This document shows positions 49,787 through 58,893 of a stretch of DNA of 64,000 nucleotides, one piece after another. The DNA comes from Lysobacterales bacterium (GTDB lineage: Bacteria; Pseudomonadota; Gammaproteobacteria; Xanthomonadales; SZUA-5), in assembly GCA_022844165.1 (NCBI GenBank), contig JALHMH010000013.1, positions 32,001-96,000 of the forward strand. Reading direction: 5' to 3'. A program made the translations under genes and the position numbers. Positions within the stretch are counted from its first letter, which is position 1; every line of letters starts with the position of its first letter. Below the pieces are notes generated by a model. That model searched no databases. It saw only the letters and a list, made by a program, of their open reading frames with translations, and was not told where the DNA came from.

Positions 49787-50341
49787 TCAAGCCGACGCCT
49801 GCATGAAATCCGGCGCCCGCATCAGCTCCATGATGCTGAAAAGGCCCCAGACCGATTGTCCAACTCGATACTCATTCTCAATGAACCGGCTGACCGGCGA
49901 ATCCGCGTACACATCCACACCACGCAACTGCTCATCGACGAAACTGCGTTGCCCCAGGACCTCATCAACCACCAATCCCACTGCTCCGCTCGCCTGGCGA
50001 ACAACAAGTACGCGAGTACGTTCGGTCACCCGAAACGGTTCGCCTTCCAAGAACCCGCGCAAGTGGACAACGGTCACGAGATTTCCGCGGACGTTTGCGA
50101 TGCCCAGCATCCACGCCTTTGTCCCAGGGACCGTGGTGATCGAGGGAAACATCAAAATTTCGTTCACTTCATCGATCGCGCTGACGAGGAAGGCATCGCC
50201 CAGACGGTAGGCAATTCCTCGCCACAGGCCCGGTGCGTCGAGCTGCTCAGGCAACCCGGCGACATGGGCGAGCGAACGCCTTTCGTAATCGAGCAAGATC
50301 TCGAAGGGGTTCAGCGCAGCAATTTCAGGCAGATCGATCAC
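49787..50341 (-). CDS. pilI: CheW-like protein PilI
   Basis: VPGTKAWMLGIANVRGNL; GLVVDEVLG. Confidence 0.9.
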   Translation of the reverse strand: MIDLPEIAALNPFEILLDYERRSLAHVAGLPEQLDAPGLWRGIAYRLGDAFLVSAIDEVNEILMFPSITTVPGTKAWMLGIANVRGNLVTVVHLRGFLEGEPFRVTERTRVLVVRQASGAVGLVVDEVLGQRSFVDEQLRGVDVYADSPVSRFIENEYRVGQSVWGLFSIMELMRAPDFMQASA

Positions 50342-50371
50342 AGCTGATAGTCCCCTTGTCCCCTACAGCAA

Positions 50372-50740
50372 TCAGGCCGCGGCAATCAAATTTTGGATTC
50401 TCTGAACCAGATCGCGCTCAACCGGCGGTTTGGAAATAAAGTCCTTCGCGCCTTGACGCATGCCCCATATACGGTCCGTTTCCATGTTCTTTGTGGTGAC
50501 AATAATGACAGGAATCATGGAAGTCTCCGGGTCCCGGCTCAGCGTCCGGGTCGCTTGAAATCCGTTTGTTCCTGGCATGATGACATCCATCAGGATCAGA
50601 TCCGGCCGCTCCGAGCGCGCCTTTGCGATCCCTTCCTCGGCATTCGCCGCACTGATCGTATTAAAACCCGCTCGTTCAAGCATCGCACTCAGAACGCGCA
50701 CGTCTGTTGGCGAATCATCTACGATCAGAATCCGAGCCAT
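50372..50740 (-). CDS. pilH: response regulator PilH
   Basis: MARILIVDDSPT; LMDVIMPGTNGFQATR; WGMRQGA. Confidence 0.93.
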   Translation of the reverse strand: MARILIVDDSPTDVRVLSAMLERAGFNTISAANAEEGIAKARSERPDLILMDVIMPGTNGFQATRTLSRDPETSMIPVIIVTTKNMETDRIWGMRQGAKDFISKPPVERDLVQRIQNLIAAA

Positions 50741-50752
50741 ACCGCCTACTCC

Positions 50753-51184
50753 TTAGCTCACAGCAGCAGCGCGACCGTCAACATAGCGCCGAATGGCGCC
50801 CAGCAACTCTTCTCGCGTAAACGGTTTCGTCAGATATTGCTCGGACCCGACAATTCGGCCTCTTGCCTTGTCAAACAGTCCATCTTTGCTCGACAACATG
50901 ATGACCGGTGTGCCCTTGAAGACCTGATTATTCTTGATCAAAGCGCACGTCTGATACCCATCCAGGCGCGGCATCATGATGTCGACGAAAATGATCTGCG
51001 GGTGATGATCTGAGATTTTGGCCAGAGCCTCGAATCCGTCCGTCGCGGTCACGACGTCACAGCCCTCCTTCTTCAGCAAGGTTTCAGCGGTTCTTCGAAT
51101 CGTCTTACTGTCGTCGATCACCATGACACGAAGGCCCGCGAGGCTGCCCTTGTTCTGCAATTCGTCCACATGCACCTCCGCCAA
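50753..51184 (-). CDS. pilG: response regulator PilG
   Basis: VMVIDDSKTIRRTAETLL; FVDIMMPRLDGYQTCALIK; SSKDGLFDKARG. Confidence 0.95.
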   Translation of the reverse strand: MAEVHVDELQNKGSLAGLRVMVIDDSKTIRRTAETLLKKEGCDVVTATDGFEALAKISDHHPQIIFVDIMMPRLDGYQTCALIKNNQVFKGTPVIMLSSKDGLFDKARGRIVGSEQYLTKPFTREELLGAIRRYVDGRAAAVS

Positions 51185-51424
51185 TCAAATAGCTCAATTC
51201 CGCAACCGAAGGCCTTGTTGCATGCACTTTCGGCTTCTTGCTGGTTGGTCCAACCCAAGAAGCTCTCTAGCCAAGCCTCAACCGGTTGTCAAGTTTGTCT
51301 TGTAAGTATTTGTGTTCGCAAGGATTGCTAACGGCAATCAGCACCGCTTAGCGCCAAAGCGCAACAGATGACGCATCATACATTGGACCATCGCCTAACC
51401 AACTACTTTTCTGAAGGGGTCTTT

Positions 51425-52372
51425 GTGCAAAAACGACTTGCGGTGCTCATGGACCCTATCGAGCACATCCTTCCATACAAAGACTCAACTTTCGCGATGA
51501 TGCTGGAGGCTCAGCGCCGAAGCTACGCCGTGCATGTCGTAAATCAGGGTGGCCTGTCGATGCGTAATGGTGATGTCTGGCTGCAATCCCGTGAAGTCCG
51601 CTTGTTCGACAGTACCCAACATTGGTTTGATGCAGGCGAGTTTGAAGATGCAGAGGCGATTTCGTTCGATTTTATCTTCCTGCGAAAAGACCCGCCGTTC
51701 GACGCAGACTATCTGTATGACACGCAGATCCTGGACCGCGCCGAAGCGCGTGGCGTTCGCGTTGTCAATCGCCCTGCGGCGCTGCGTGACGCCAATGAGA
51801 AGTTGTTCACCAGTTGCTTCCCTGCCCTTTGCCCGCCAACACTCGTCAGTCGCCGACCGGAGCAGCTGCGCGCCTTTGTTGCGGAACACAAAGCCTGCGT
51901 CGCCAAAGTGCTGGACGCGATGGGAGGCGCGTCTGTCTTTCGCGTTGATTTAGGCGACGCGAATACCAACGTCATCTTCGAAACCCTTACGCGCGAGGGC
52001 CGCCGAGCAACCATGATTCAACGCTTCATCCCCGAAATTGCCGCCGGAGACAAACGAATACTGATGATCAACGGCGACCCTGTAGACTTCGCGCTGGCAC
52101 GAATCCCAGCAGAAGGCGAGTTCCGAGGCAACCTTGCGCGTGGCGGAACGGGACGAGGGCAGCCACTGACCGAATCGGACCGCAAGATTTGCGCTCTGGT
52201 TGGGCCAGAACTGCGTCGACGTGGCTTGTGGTTCGTTGGCCTTGACGTCATCGGCGAATATCTGACGGAAGTCAACGTGACTTCGCCGACATGCATTCGA
52301 GAGTTGGACGCACAGTTCGGCCTGAATATCGCCGGCCTGCTCTTTGACTTCCTCGAACAGGAGCTAACGTGA
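51425..52372 (+). CDS. gshB: glutathione synthetase
   Basis: MDPI..I..YKDST; RKDPPFD; NEKL; GDKRI; RGNLARGG; EVNVTSPT. Divergent from pilG. Confidence 0.96.
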   Translation: MQKRLAVLMDPIEHILPYKDSTFAMMLEAQRRSYAVHVVNQGGLSMRNGDVWLQSREVRLFDSTQHWFDAGEFEDAEAISFDFIFLRKDPPFDADYLYDTQILDRAEARGVRVVNRPAALRDANEKLFTSCFPALCPPTLVSRRPEQLRAFVAEHKACVAKVLDAMGGASVFRVDLGDANTNVIFETLTREGRRATMIQRFIPEIAAGDKRILMINGDPVDFALARIPAEGEFRGNLARGGTGRGQPLTESDRKICALVGPELRRRGLWFVGLDVIGEYLTEVNVTSPTCIRELDAQFGLNIAGLLFDFLEQELT

Positions 52373-53223
52373 GTGATGTGGCAACGCATGATCGACTGTC
52401 GATGACACTGACGTTCGCGGCGATCCTCCACGCGATTGCAATTTTCGGCATCGGTTTTCGTACCGACCGGGACCCGGTTTCGGTACTGCCTTCATTAGAT
52501 GTGATCCTGGTCCAATCGGCGACCTCAGAAACGCCAGACAAAGCGGATTTTCTGGCAAATGCTGTGCAGGCTGGCGGCGGTAACAGCGATGAAGCCAAGC
52601 GCCCAACGGAGGTGTTCTCATCGCCCCTGCCGAGACCTGAAGCAGGCGTTGCGCCTGTTCCGATCAAGGCCGGGGCACCGGATCCTATCACCGCGCCACA
52701 CCGGACGCCGGTCCTGTCGACTTCGGACGCGGATGTGCAAGTTGCGCGTATCGAACCGGATGCGAACAAGCCCCGCCGAACGCTGCCAAAAGCCGACACA
52801 CTGATGGAACGCAGTGCTGATGTGGCGCGTCTGGCAGCAGAACTCGATCGGCGTACCCAAGCCTATGCCAAGCGCCCTAAACGGAAGTTCATTTCGGTCA
52901 ATACCCAAGAGTACGTGTATGCCAACTACATGGCAGCCTGGGAAGCGCTCGTCAAGCGGGTGGGAACACTCAATGCCGGGGAGTTGGATCGACGAAAGCT
53001 ACGCGGCGACCTTGTTGTTACTGTCGCCATTCGCCGCGACGGTTCTTTGGACGGGATCGACATTATCCGCTCCTCAGGTCATCCACTCATCGACGAAACA
53101 GCGCTAAAGACGATCGAGCTGTCAGCGCCGTTCTCACCCTTGCCACGGCTTGCGGACGAAGTGGATGTATTGCACATCACTCGAACCTACGTGTTCTCTG
53201 ATGGCGATCTGACCATGAAGTGA
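52369..53223 (+). CDS. tonB: energy transducer TonB (TonB3-like)
   Basis: N-terminal TM with His; LDVILV; C-terminal RSSG...D..A...I....PF.PLP; follows gshB. Confidence 0.85.
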   Translation: MSDVATHDRLSMTLTFAAILHAIAIFGIGFRTDRDPVSVLPSLDVILVQSATSETPDKADFLANAVQAGGGNSDEAKRPTEVFSSPLPRPEAGVAPVPIKAGAPDPITAPHRTPVLSTSDADVQVARIEPDANKPRRTLPKADTLMERSADVARLAAELDRRTQAYAKRPKRKFISVNTQEYVYANYMAAWEALVKRVGTLNAGELDRRKLRGDLVVTVAIRRDGSLDGIDIIRSSGHPLIDETALKTIELSAPFSPLPRLADEVDVLHITRTYVFSDGDLTMK

Positions 53224-53289
53224 CAACCGTAGAGTGATTGCGGATGTTTGTCGATCTGGATCAGGCGCGTTTGGCCGGAATGCCGGCCA

Positions 53290-53522
53290 GAGTCCTTGAC
53301 GGAGACTGATCTCGACAAATGAGTCAAATTTTCTTAGGAGCGGCTTTAGCTTTTGCAGCCCCTTAAGTTAAGGGGGTGAGACGCGGCGCTGACACGCCGC
53401 AGGCGTGTGCCGAGTCGAACGCCCGGCGGCTGCGCCGCTGGGCCGGAAATGCGAAGCCCGGGTTGTGGGAAATACGGTGTCTGGCGAAGCCAACAATGCG
53501 CGTCGGTCTGAGGCAAAGCCTC
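53290..53522. mobile_element. MITE-like element family A, copy 3
   Basis: 5' part nearly identical to copy 1 and 3' part to copy 2; GCCA direct repeat at 53286-53289 and 53523-53526. Confidence 0.7.
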
Positions 53523-53680
53523 GCCAGTGCTTTCGGTTCTTGCGGCTGGCTTTCAGCCGTGATCGTGTTTGTGGCGCTGGCGTTGTCGGACCAAACTCAT
53601 ATCGCTTTTCAGACTGAGGCGAAGTCGCTTCATCTTCGCCGCAGAACAACAAGTCCTGCGATGAGTGATCCACATCGTTC

Positions 53681-55084
53681 TCAGCGCAACCACATGCGCG
53701 CGGTCCTGGCCGGCAAGCTGAACGTGTAGTTTGACGATGTGATGCGAACGGTGTGAGCACTCAACACATCGCGATAATCCGTGTGCCACCAAAGTACGCT
53801 GTTGTCCATCCCAACGTTCGCATTGACTGTCGAGGCGCATTTGTTGATGCCGACAATGCCACGGCTGCCACGGCGAAAAATCAGGTGACAGTCGCCATAT
53901 GACAGCACTTGCATATCGCTCCCCTGAGCCGCGTTATGAAAGCGGATCATTGGTGTCAGATCGCTACGCCGATACGCATCTACCCATCGATTGTCGCCGC
54001 TCTCGTTGTTATCCGAATACAGCAGCGGTACGCCACCGTTACGCCCAAGAACGAACGAATAGGCAAGTTTCTCGTCAACAGGATCGAGCAGCAGATATCG
54101 AAAACCGCTGTTGTTCGGGATGTCGTGCGTGATTGTGAAGGTGATGGCACGCGAGCCGGCCAACGCCTGACCATAAGCCCCGGGGTCGACCAATCGGCTC
54201 ATGCTGCCGCCAAAACCGAACGCGCCACGAATCTGCGCAAACAATGGAAAATCATATGCGCCATGGTCGGTACCATCCAGGTAAGGCTTCAGGAAGCGCT
54301 CGTATTCGGATTCGCCAGAACCACCTCCAGTGATCACTTCACCGAAGACGTGCACGCCTGACTTGATCGTCGGCGTCAGCACGCTGTTGATGTGGCTCAG
54401 GGTCATGTGTTTGGCGGCGTCGATGCGAAAGCCTGAAACTCCCAGACCCTTAAGCGCACTCAGATATGCCTGCTGTTGTTGAATCACCCAGGAATTGGCA
54501 ATCAAGTCCGGCAGTCCAGCATCTCCGCCACCGCCGCATAGACGCCAGTTCTGCACTTGCCATACGTTGTTGTAGTCAGCGATACATTGCGTCGGCCCAA
54601 AGTCCCATTGCGACAAAAAATTGTTCGTCAGCGCTCCGAAAAGTCGCTGGTTACCCCAATAGGACGTGTTGGCAGCATAGGTATTGAGCACGCGTTGACC
54701 CGGGTAGTTAAGGTCGGAACGCTGAGCTGCTTCGTTCGCCATATGGTTCAAGACGATGTCGGCATAGACCTTAACGCCATGGGTACGAAGCGCATTTGCC
54801 ATCGCTCGAAAACTGTCTGTGTTCCCAAGCGGATGATCGATCACTCGGTAGTCTTGTGGTTGATATCGGGCCCACCACGCACTGCCCTCACTCTTCAACG
54901 GCGGAGCGACGAGTACGCTTGCATAGCCGAGCTGACGGATCTCTTGAGCTCGCGCTTGTATGCGCGCATACGGCCAATTGAACGCATGGAGTACGACTTC
55001 CGCCTGGGCCACGCAGCTGGCAACCAACAAATGCGCGGCAACAAGAACTCGTGACCGCAGCGCAGTCAACATTTTGAATGTCAT
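53681..55084 (-). CDS. amy: secreted alpha-amylase (GH13, Xanthomonas/Aeromonas type)
   Basis: Signal peptide; VLHAFNW; WWARYQP; DIVLNH; catalytic GFRIDAAKH, FGEVI and ITHD. Confidence 0.92.
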   Translation of the reverse strand: MTFKMLTALRSRVLVAAHLLVASCVAQAEVVLHAFNWPYARIQARAQEIRQLGYASVLVAPPLKSEGSAWWARYQPQDYRVIDHPLGNTDSFRAMANALRTHGVKVYADIVLNHMANEAAQRSDLNYPGQRVLNTYAANTSYWGNQRLFGALTNNFLSQWDFGPTQCIADYNNVWQVQNWRLCGGGGDAGLPDLIANSWVIQQQQAYLSALKGLGVSGFRIDAAKHMTLSHINSVLTPTIKSGVHVFGEVITGGGSGESEYERFLKPYLDGTDHGAYDFPLFAQIRGAFGFGGSMSRLVDPGAYGQALAGSRAITFTITHDIPNNSGFRYLLLDPVDEKLAYSFVLGRNGGVPLLYSDNNESGDNRWVDAYRRSDLTPMIRFHNAAQGSDMQVLSYGDCHLIFRRGSRGIVGINKCASTVNANVGMDNSVLWWHTDYRDVLSAHTVRITSSNYTFSLPARTARMWLR

Positions 55085-55228
55085 GATTTTCCCCGGACGA
55101 TGGCGCTGACGCGGCTGCGTAGCGCGCGTCGGCAAGCTCCCCAGCGACCAACGCGGTGCAAATCGTAGTCGCATTCCATCGCGCAACACGATAGGTTGCA
55201 ATCGTATTCAGATGTTTCGCCTGATTAA

Positions 55229-55995
55229 CCCGCATATTTCATGAGGGAACGCGGAAGATCGCGAAGGGTGAGAGCGAGCAAGCTTGCGCCGCATGCGGCG
55301 CGCTCGCTCGAACGGGTGGCGGCTGTGCCGCCACACCGGACTGAAGGCTGGCAAGCTTGCGCCGCATGCGGCGCGCTCGCTCGAACGGGTGGCGGCTGTG
55401 CCGCCACACCGGACTGAAGGCTGACGAGCTTGCGCCGCATGCGGCGCGCACGCTCGAACGGGTGGCGGCTGTGCCGCCACACCGGACTGAAGGCTGGCGA
55501 GCTTGCGCCGCGCGAGCTGCGCGCCAGACTGAACGACTGGCGGCTGCGCCGCCAGGCCGGACCTTTGCGCCGGAATCGAGGCGCGAGAAGGGTGAGAGCG
55601 GGCAAACTTGCGCCGCATGCGGCGCGCCAGCTCGAACGGGCGGCGGCTGCGCCGTTGCACTGGGCGGAATGGTTGACCCGGCCCGTCAGCGTAGCTGCCG
55701 GGCGCTCTGAGCATCGCGCGCTGCGCGCGCAAGCGATGCTCCTCGCCCATTGCGACGACGAGCTTTGAGTCGTCCGGCGCAAAGAACGAGCGAGGGTGAG
55801 GCGGGATTTCCGCCGCATGCGGCGCGCCGCCGAACGCCAGCGCATGGATGCGCTGGCCGGAGGGGCGAAGCAGGAAGCGCAGCCGTGCTAGCGAGGAAAT
55901 GGCAGCGGACAGCCTGTCATTCCAACCAATTCGAAGGTTCCGCGCCGTTACAACGAAATGAGGCCATTTCATCGCGACCTCATGAAATATGCGGG
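55229..55995. mobile_element. 767-bp non-autonomous element family C
   Basis: Perfect 18-bp TIRs CCCGCATATTTCATGAGG (55229-55246 and 55978-55995) flanked by TTAA on both sides; no transposase ORF. Confidence 0.75.
55278..55562. repeat. 73-bp tandem palindromic repeat array inside element C
   Basis: Units at 55278-55350, 55351-55423 and 55424-55496 (near identical) plus a degenerate fourth. Further dispersed copies near 55587-55660 and 55792-55840. Confidence 0.85.
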
Positions 55996-56084
55996 TTAAC
56001 GCACCCGCGATGATCATTGGCCGTTCCTGCGAACGCCTGGCCCAGGCTGGTCTGGACCACAGCCGCGCCAATTGAGGAACCGCA

Positions 56085-58808
56085 CTATGGCGTGAGTAAG
56101 CGTTGCAACTCTTCGGCCGCTCGCCGGAATTCAATGCTCGCTTGACGTGCCATCCCGACAGTGTCGCGCAGCGTACCCGCACGCGCACCATGTTCGATCA
56201 ACTTTGCCACGTCAGACAACGCCATCGCACCCAGGTTTGCGCTGGTCGATTTCAGCGAGTGCGCAGGTGCAATCATGGCCTGGACATCGCCTCGCTCCGC
56301 TGCTCCATTCAGGATCTTTAAGTTCGTTGGAGTGTCCTCAAGGTAGACCTTGACCAGCGACGTAAACTCGTTGCCCATCACATCGATCAGCTCATTGACG
56401 ATTGCTTCGTTAATGGCGGGCGCTTGGGGCGTTAGCCGGACAGGCTCGCTTAGTCGCACTGGAACCGGCGCCGGCGAGGGGCCCGGAGCAGCCGGCGCAG
56501 GCTTAACCTCTTGCGCCGACACTCGCAACTCGGCCAGAACCGCAGGCTGCTCGATGGCTGCCGCAACGGTGGACCTGGTGGATTTTGGCATCCATTTGCG
56601 GATGGTTTGTTCGAGCAAGCCACGGTTAAGCGGTTTGCTCATGTAGTCGTCCATCCCAGAAGCGAGGCACTTCTCGCGATCCCCAGCCATCGCATTTGCA
56701 GTCATCGCGATGATCGGTATACGCGTCAGGCCCTTTTCCTGTTCAAGTGTGCGGCGCGATCGGGTCGAAGTGTAGCCGTCCATGACTGGCATTTGGCAAT
56801 CCATGAGCACGACATCGAAACCGCCTCGACCCATCAGATCCAATGCGTCTTTTCCGTTTTCAGCAATTTCGAACGTAATGCCGATCAACCCAAGCAGCCG
56901 TTGCGCAACCTGACGATTGACTGGATTGTCTTCAACCAGCAGGGCGTGACCACCCAGCTTACCGGTTTCAGTTCGCGCGCCGACATCAATCGGTGGCGCG
57001 GTATCTTGCCCCAGGCGCGCGGCCTCCTCCAGCAAGTTGAAGCGCCGCTCGCTACCTGCATCGACAAGCAGCGCCTTGTTTAATGCGCCCATGAGATCGG
57101 CATCGGTGAACTGCCGTTTGATCAACTGACTTCGGGCCGGGTCATTGCCCAATTCAGCTGGCGGTGACTCCTCACCCTCGATATGAACCACCTTGAGCCG
57201 CTCAAGGACCGGCTCGCGACCGACGTTGCGATAGAGTGCCGGAGCTGTCGTGCGCATGCTGCCCAAATCAACAATGACCACATCGAATGCCCAGTTCTCG
57301 CCCAATGTGGCCGAAGACTTCAGTTTGCTCAATGCGTCTGCGGTGGTGTTCGTCGAAATCTGGCTCATGCCCCACATCTGGCATTGACCCGTGATTCGCT
57401 GCGTCAGCCGTTGATCTCCACTGACGATCAGCGCGCGGGCGCCGGCCAGATCTCGCCGATGGCTACTGACATCGCCCAGCGCTTTCAATAAGGGGACGCT
57501 GAACCAAAACACCGAACCCTTCCCGGGTTCGCTTTTCAGCCCAATCTTCCCGCCCATGAGCTCAACGATTCGTTTGCAGATCACTAAGCCAAGGCCGGTG
57601 CCGCCGTAGTTGCGCGTGGTCGAAGTGTCGGCCTGCGAAAATGGCTGGAACAGCTTCTCGGCCTTCTCCGGCGAGATGCCAACCCCAGTGTCGCGGACTG
57701 CGAAAAGCACTTCGCTATGCGTTCGCGTTTCGCCGCGTTTGCTGATTTGGATCGCGATAGAACCCTTGTCCGTGAACTTAACCCCATTGCTGACGAGATT
57801 TGACAGCACCTGACGCAAACGAACCGGGTCGCCACGGCACGCCAATCGAACATTGGGATCGAAGCTGACTGAGATTTTCAGCCCTTTGTTCTCAGCGGAG
57901 CGCTCCATCAAGCGGAAGACCGAATCAACCACATCTTTGAGATTCAGTCCGACGCTCTCAAGCTCAAGCTTGTTGGCCTCAATCTTCGAGTAGTCGAGAA
58001 TATCGTCGATGATCCTCAGCAGATGGCGAGCAGACGAGTACGCAGTATTCAAGTACTCACGTTGGTCGACTTCCAGTTTGGTATCACGCAGGATTTCGAG
58101 CAATGGAATGATGCCGTTGAGCGGCGTGCGCATTTCATGGCTCATCGTTGCCAAAAATTCGCCCTTCGCCATGTTTGCGGCTTCTGCGGCCTGCCTGGCG
58201 CCTTCCATCTCCTTTTCGAGATTGCGCTGGCGTTCCAATTCACCGCGCAGCTGTGTCAGCTCCACAACGTCGATGGTGGTGGCCTGCACGACCCTCTCCA
58301 CCGGCTGCGCGGATTCCACGATTTGGGGCGACTCTAAGACCGTTTCTCGGCTTACCAACCACCAATGGCCAGAGACGATCAGTGCTATCGCAGCGACGGC
58401 GATCAATCCACCTTCTGCGCCAAACAGCTGCCAGGCGCCAGGCAATAGCAGCACGCTCAGAGCCGTGACCACAAGCCAAAGCTGCGAGTGAAACAACCAA
58501 ATCACCGCCAATGCCAAACCCACCAATGCCAGATGCAAAGGCGAGTTGGCATGGACTTGACCAAGAACGAATGGAGCAGCGCCCCACTGCAGGGCGCCCG
58601 CTACCACCAACATCTGCGCAATCGAAGTGTTCGGTTCCGGCCCGCGCTCCGCCAGACGGCGCGCCCAGTAAGCCGCGCCAGCCGTGCCTAGCAGCAGAAC
58701 ACACCAAATCGCGATCCGTGTCGGTTCCGCAAAGCCAATCGACGCGTATGCCACCAGCAGCGACAAAACGCCAGAACAAAGACACCACCGGATCGCAGCA
58801 TGCATCAT
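56085..58808 (-). CDS. hybrid sensor histidine kinase (multi-TM, HisKA, HATPase, REC-like, REC, Hpt)
   Basis: [15 protein letters not shown]; [10 protein letters not shown]; GGTGLGL; LMDCQMP; HSLKSTS. Start uncertain (58808-58868). Confidence 0.9.
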   Translation of the reverse strand: MMHAAIRWCLCSGVLSLLVAYASIGFAEPTRIAIWCVLLLGTAGAAYWARRLAERGPEPNTSIAQMLVVAGALQWGAAPFVLGQVHANSPLHLALVGLALAVIWLFHSQLWLVVTALSVLLLPGAWQLFGAEGGLIAVAAIALIVSGHWWLVSRETVLESPQIVESAQPVERVVQATTIDVVELTQLRGELERQRNLEKEMEGARQAAEAANMAKGEFLATMSHEMRTPLNGIIPLLEILRDTKLEVDQREYLNTAYSSARHLLRIIDDILDYSKIEANKLELESVGLNLKDVVDSVFRLMERSAENKGLKISVSFDPNVRLACRGDPVRLRQVLSNLVSNGVKFTDKGSIAIQISKRGETRTHSEVLFAVRDTGVGISPEKAEKLFQPFSQADTSTTRNYGGTGLGLVICKRIVELMGGKIGLKSEPGKGSVFWFSVPLLKALGDVSSHRRDLAGARALIVSGDQRLTQRITGQCQMWGMSQISTNTTADALSKLKSSATLGENWAFDVVIVDLGSMRTTAPALYRNVGREPVLERLKVVHIEGEESPPAELGNDPARSQLIKRQFTDADLMGALNKALLVDAGSERRFNLLEEAARLGQDTAPPIDVGARTETGKLGGHALLVEDNPVNRQVAQRLLGLIGITFEIAENGKDALDLMGRGGFDVVLMDCQMPVMDGYTSTRSRRTLEQEKGLTRIPIIAMTANAMAGDREKCLASGMDDYMSKPLNRGLLEQTIRKWMPKSTRSTVAAAIEQPAVLAELRVSAQEVKPAPAAPGPSPAPVPVRLSEPVRLTPQAPAINEAIVNELIDVMGNEFTSLVKVYLEDTPTNLKILNGAAERGDVQAMIAPAHSLKSTSANLGAMALSDVAKLIEHGARAGTLRDTVGMARQASIEFRRAAEELQRLLTP

Positions 58809-58893
58809 GGTTTGACTGCGCTCATCAGGCTGAGCAGACCGCGACTTCATTCGAAGCGCCAGCAACATCGATGGTTCCACACATACCCCCGTT

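Noticed and set aside
55335-55350. Hammerhead ribozyme core in the 73-bp unit (CTGAAGG)
   Set aside because: It does not match CUGANGA, and no correctly placed GAAA is present.
55278-55562. CRISPR array
   Set aside because: Units are contiguous 73-bp near-identical repeats with no unique spacers, and there are no cas genes in the window.
55208-56191. 327-aa and 206-aa minus-strand ORFs as a transposase or real protein
   Set aside because: Arg/Ala-rich translations of GC-rich palindromic repeats with no DDE or HUH motif.
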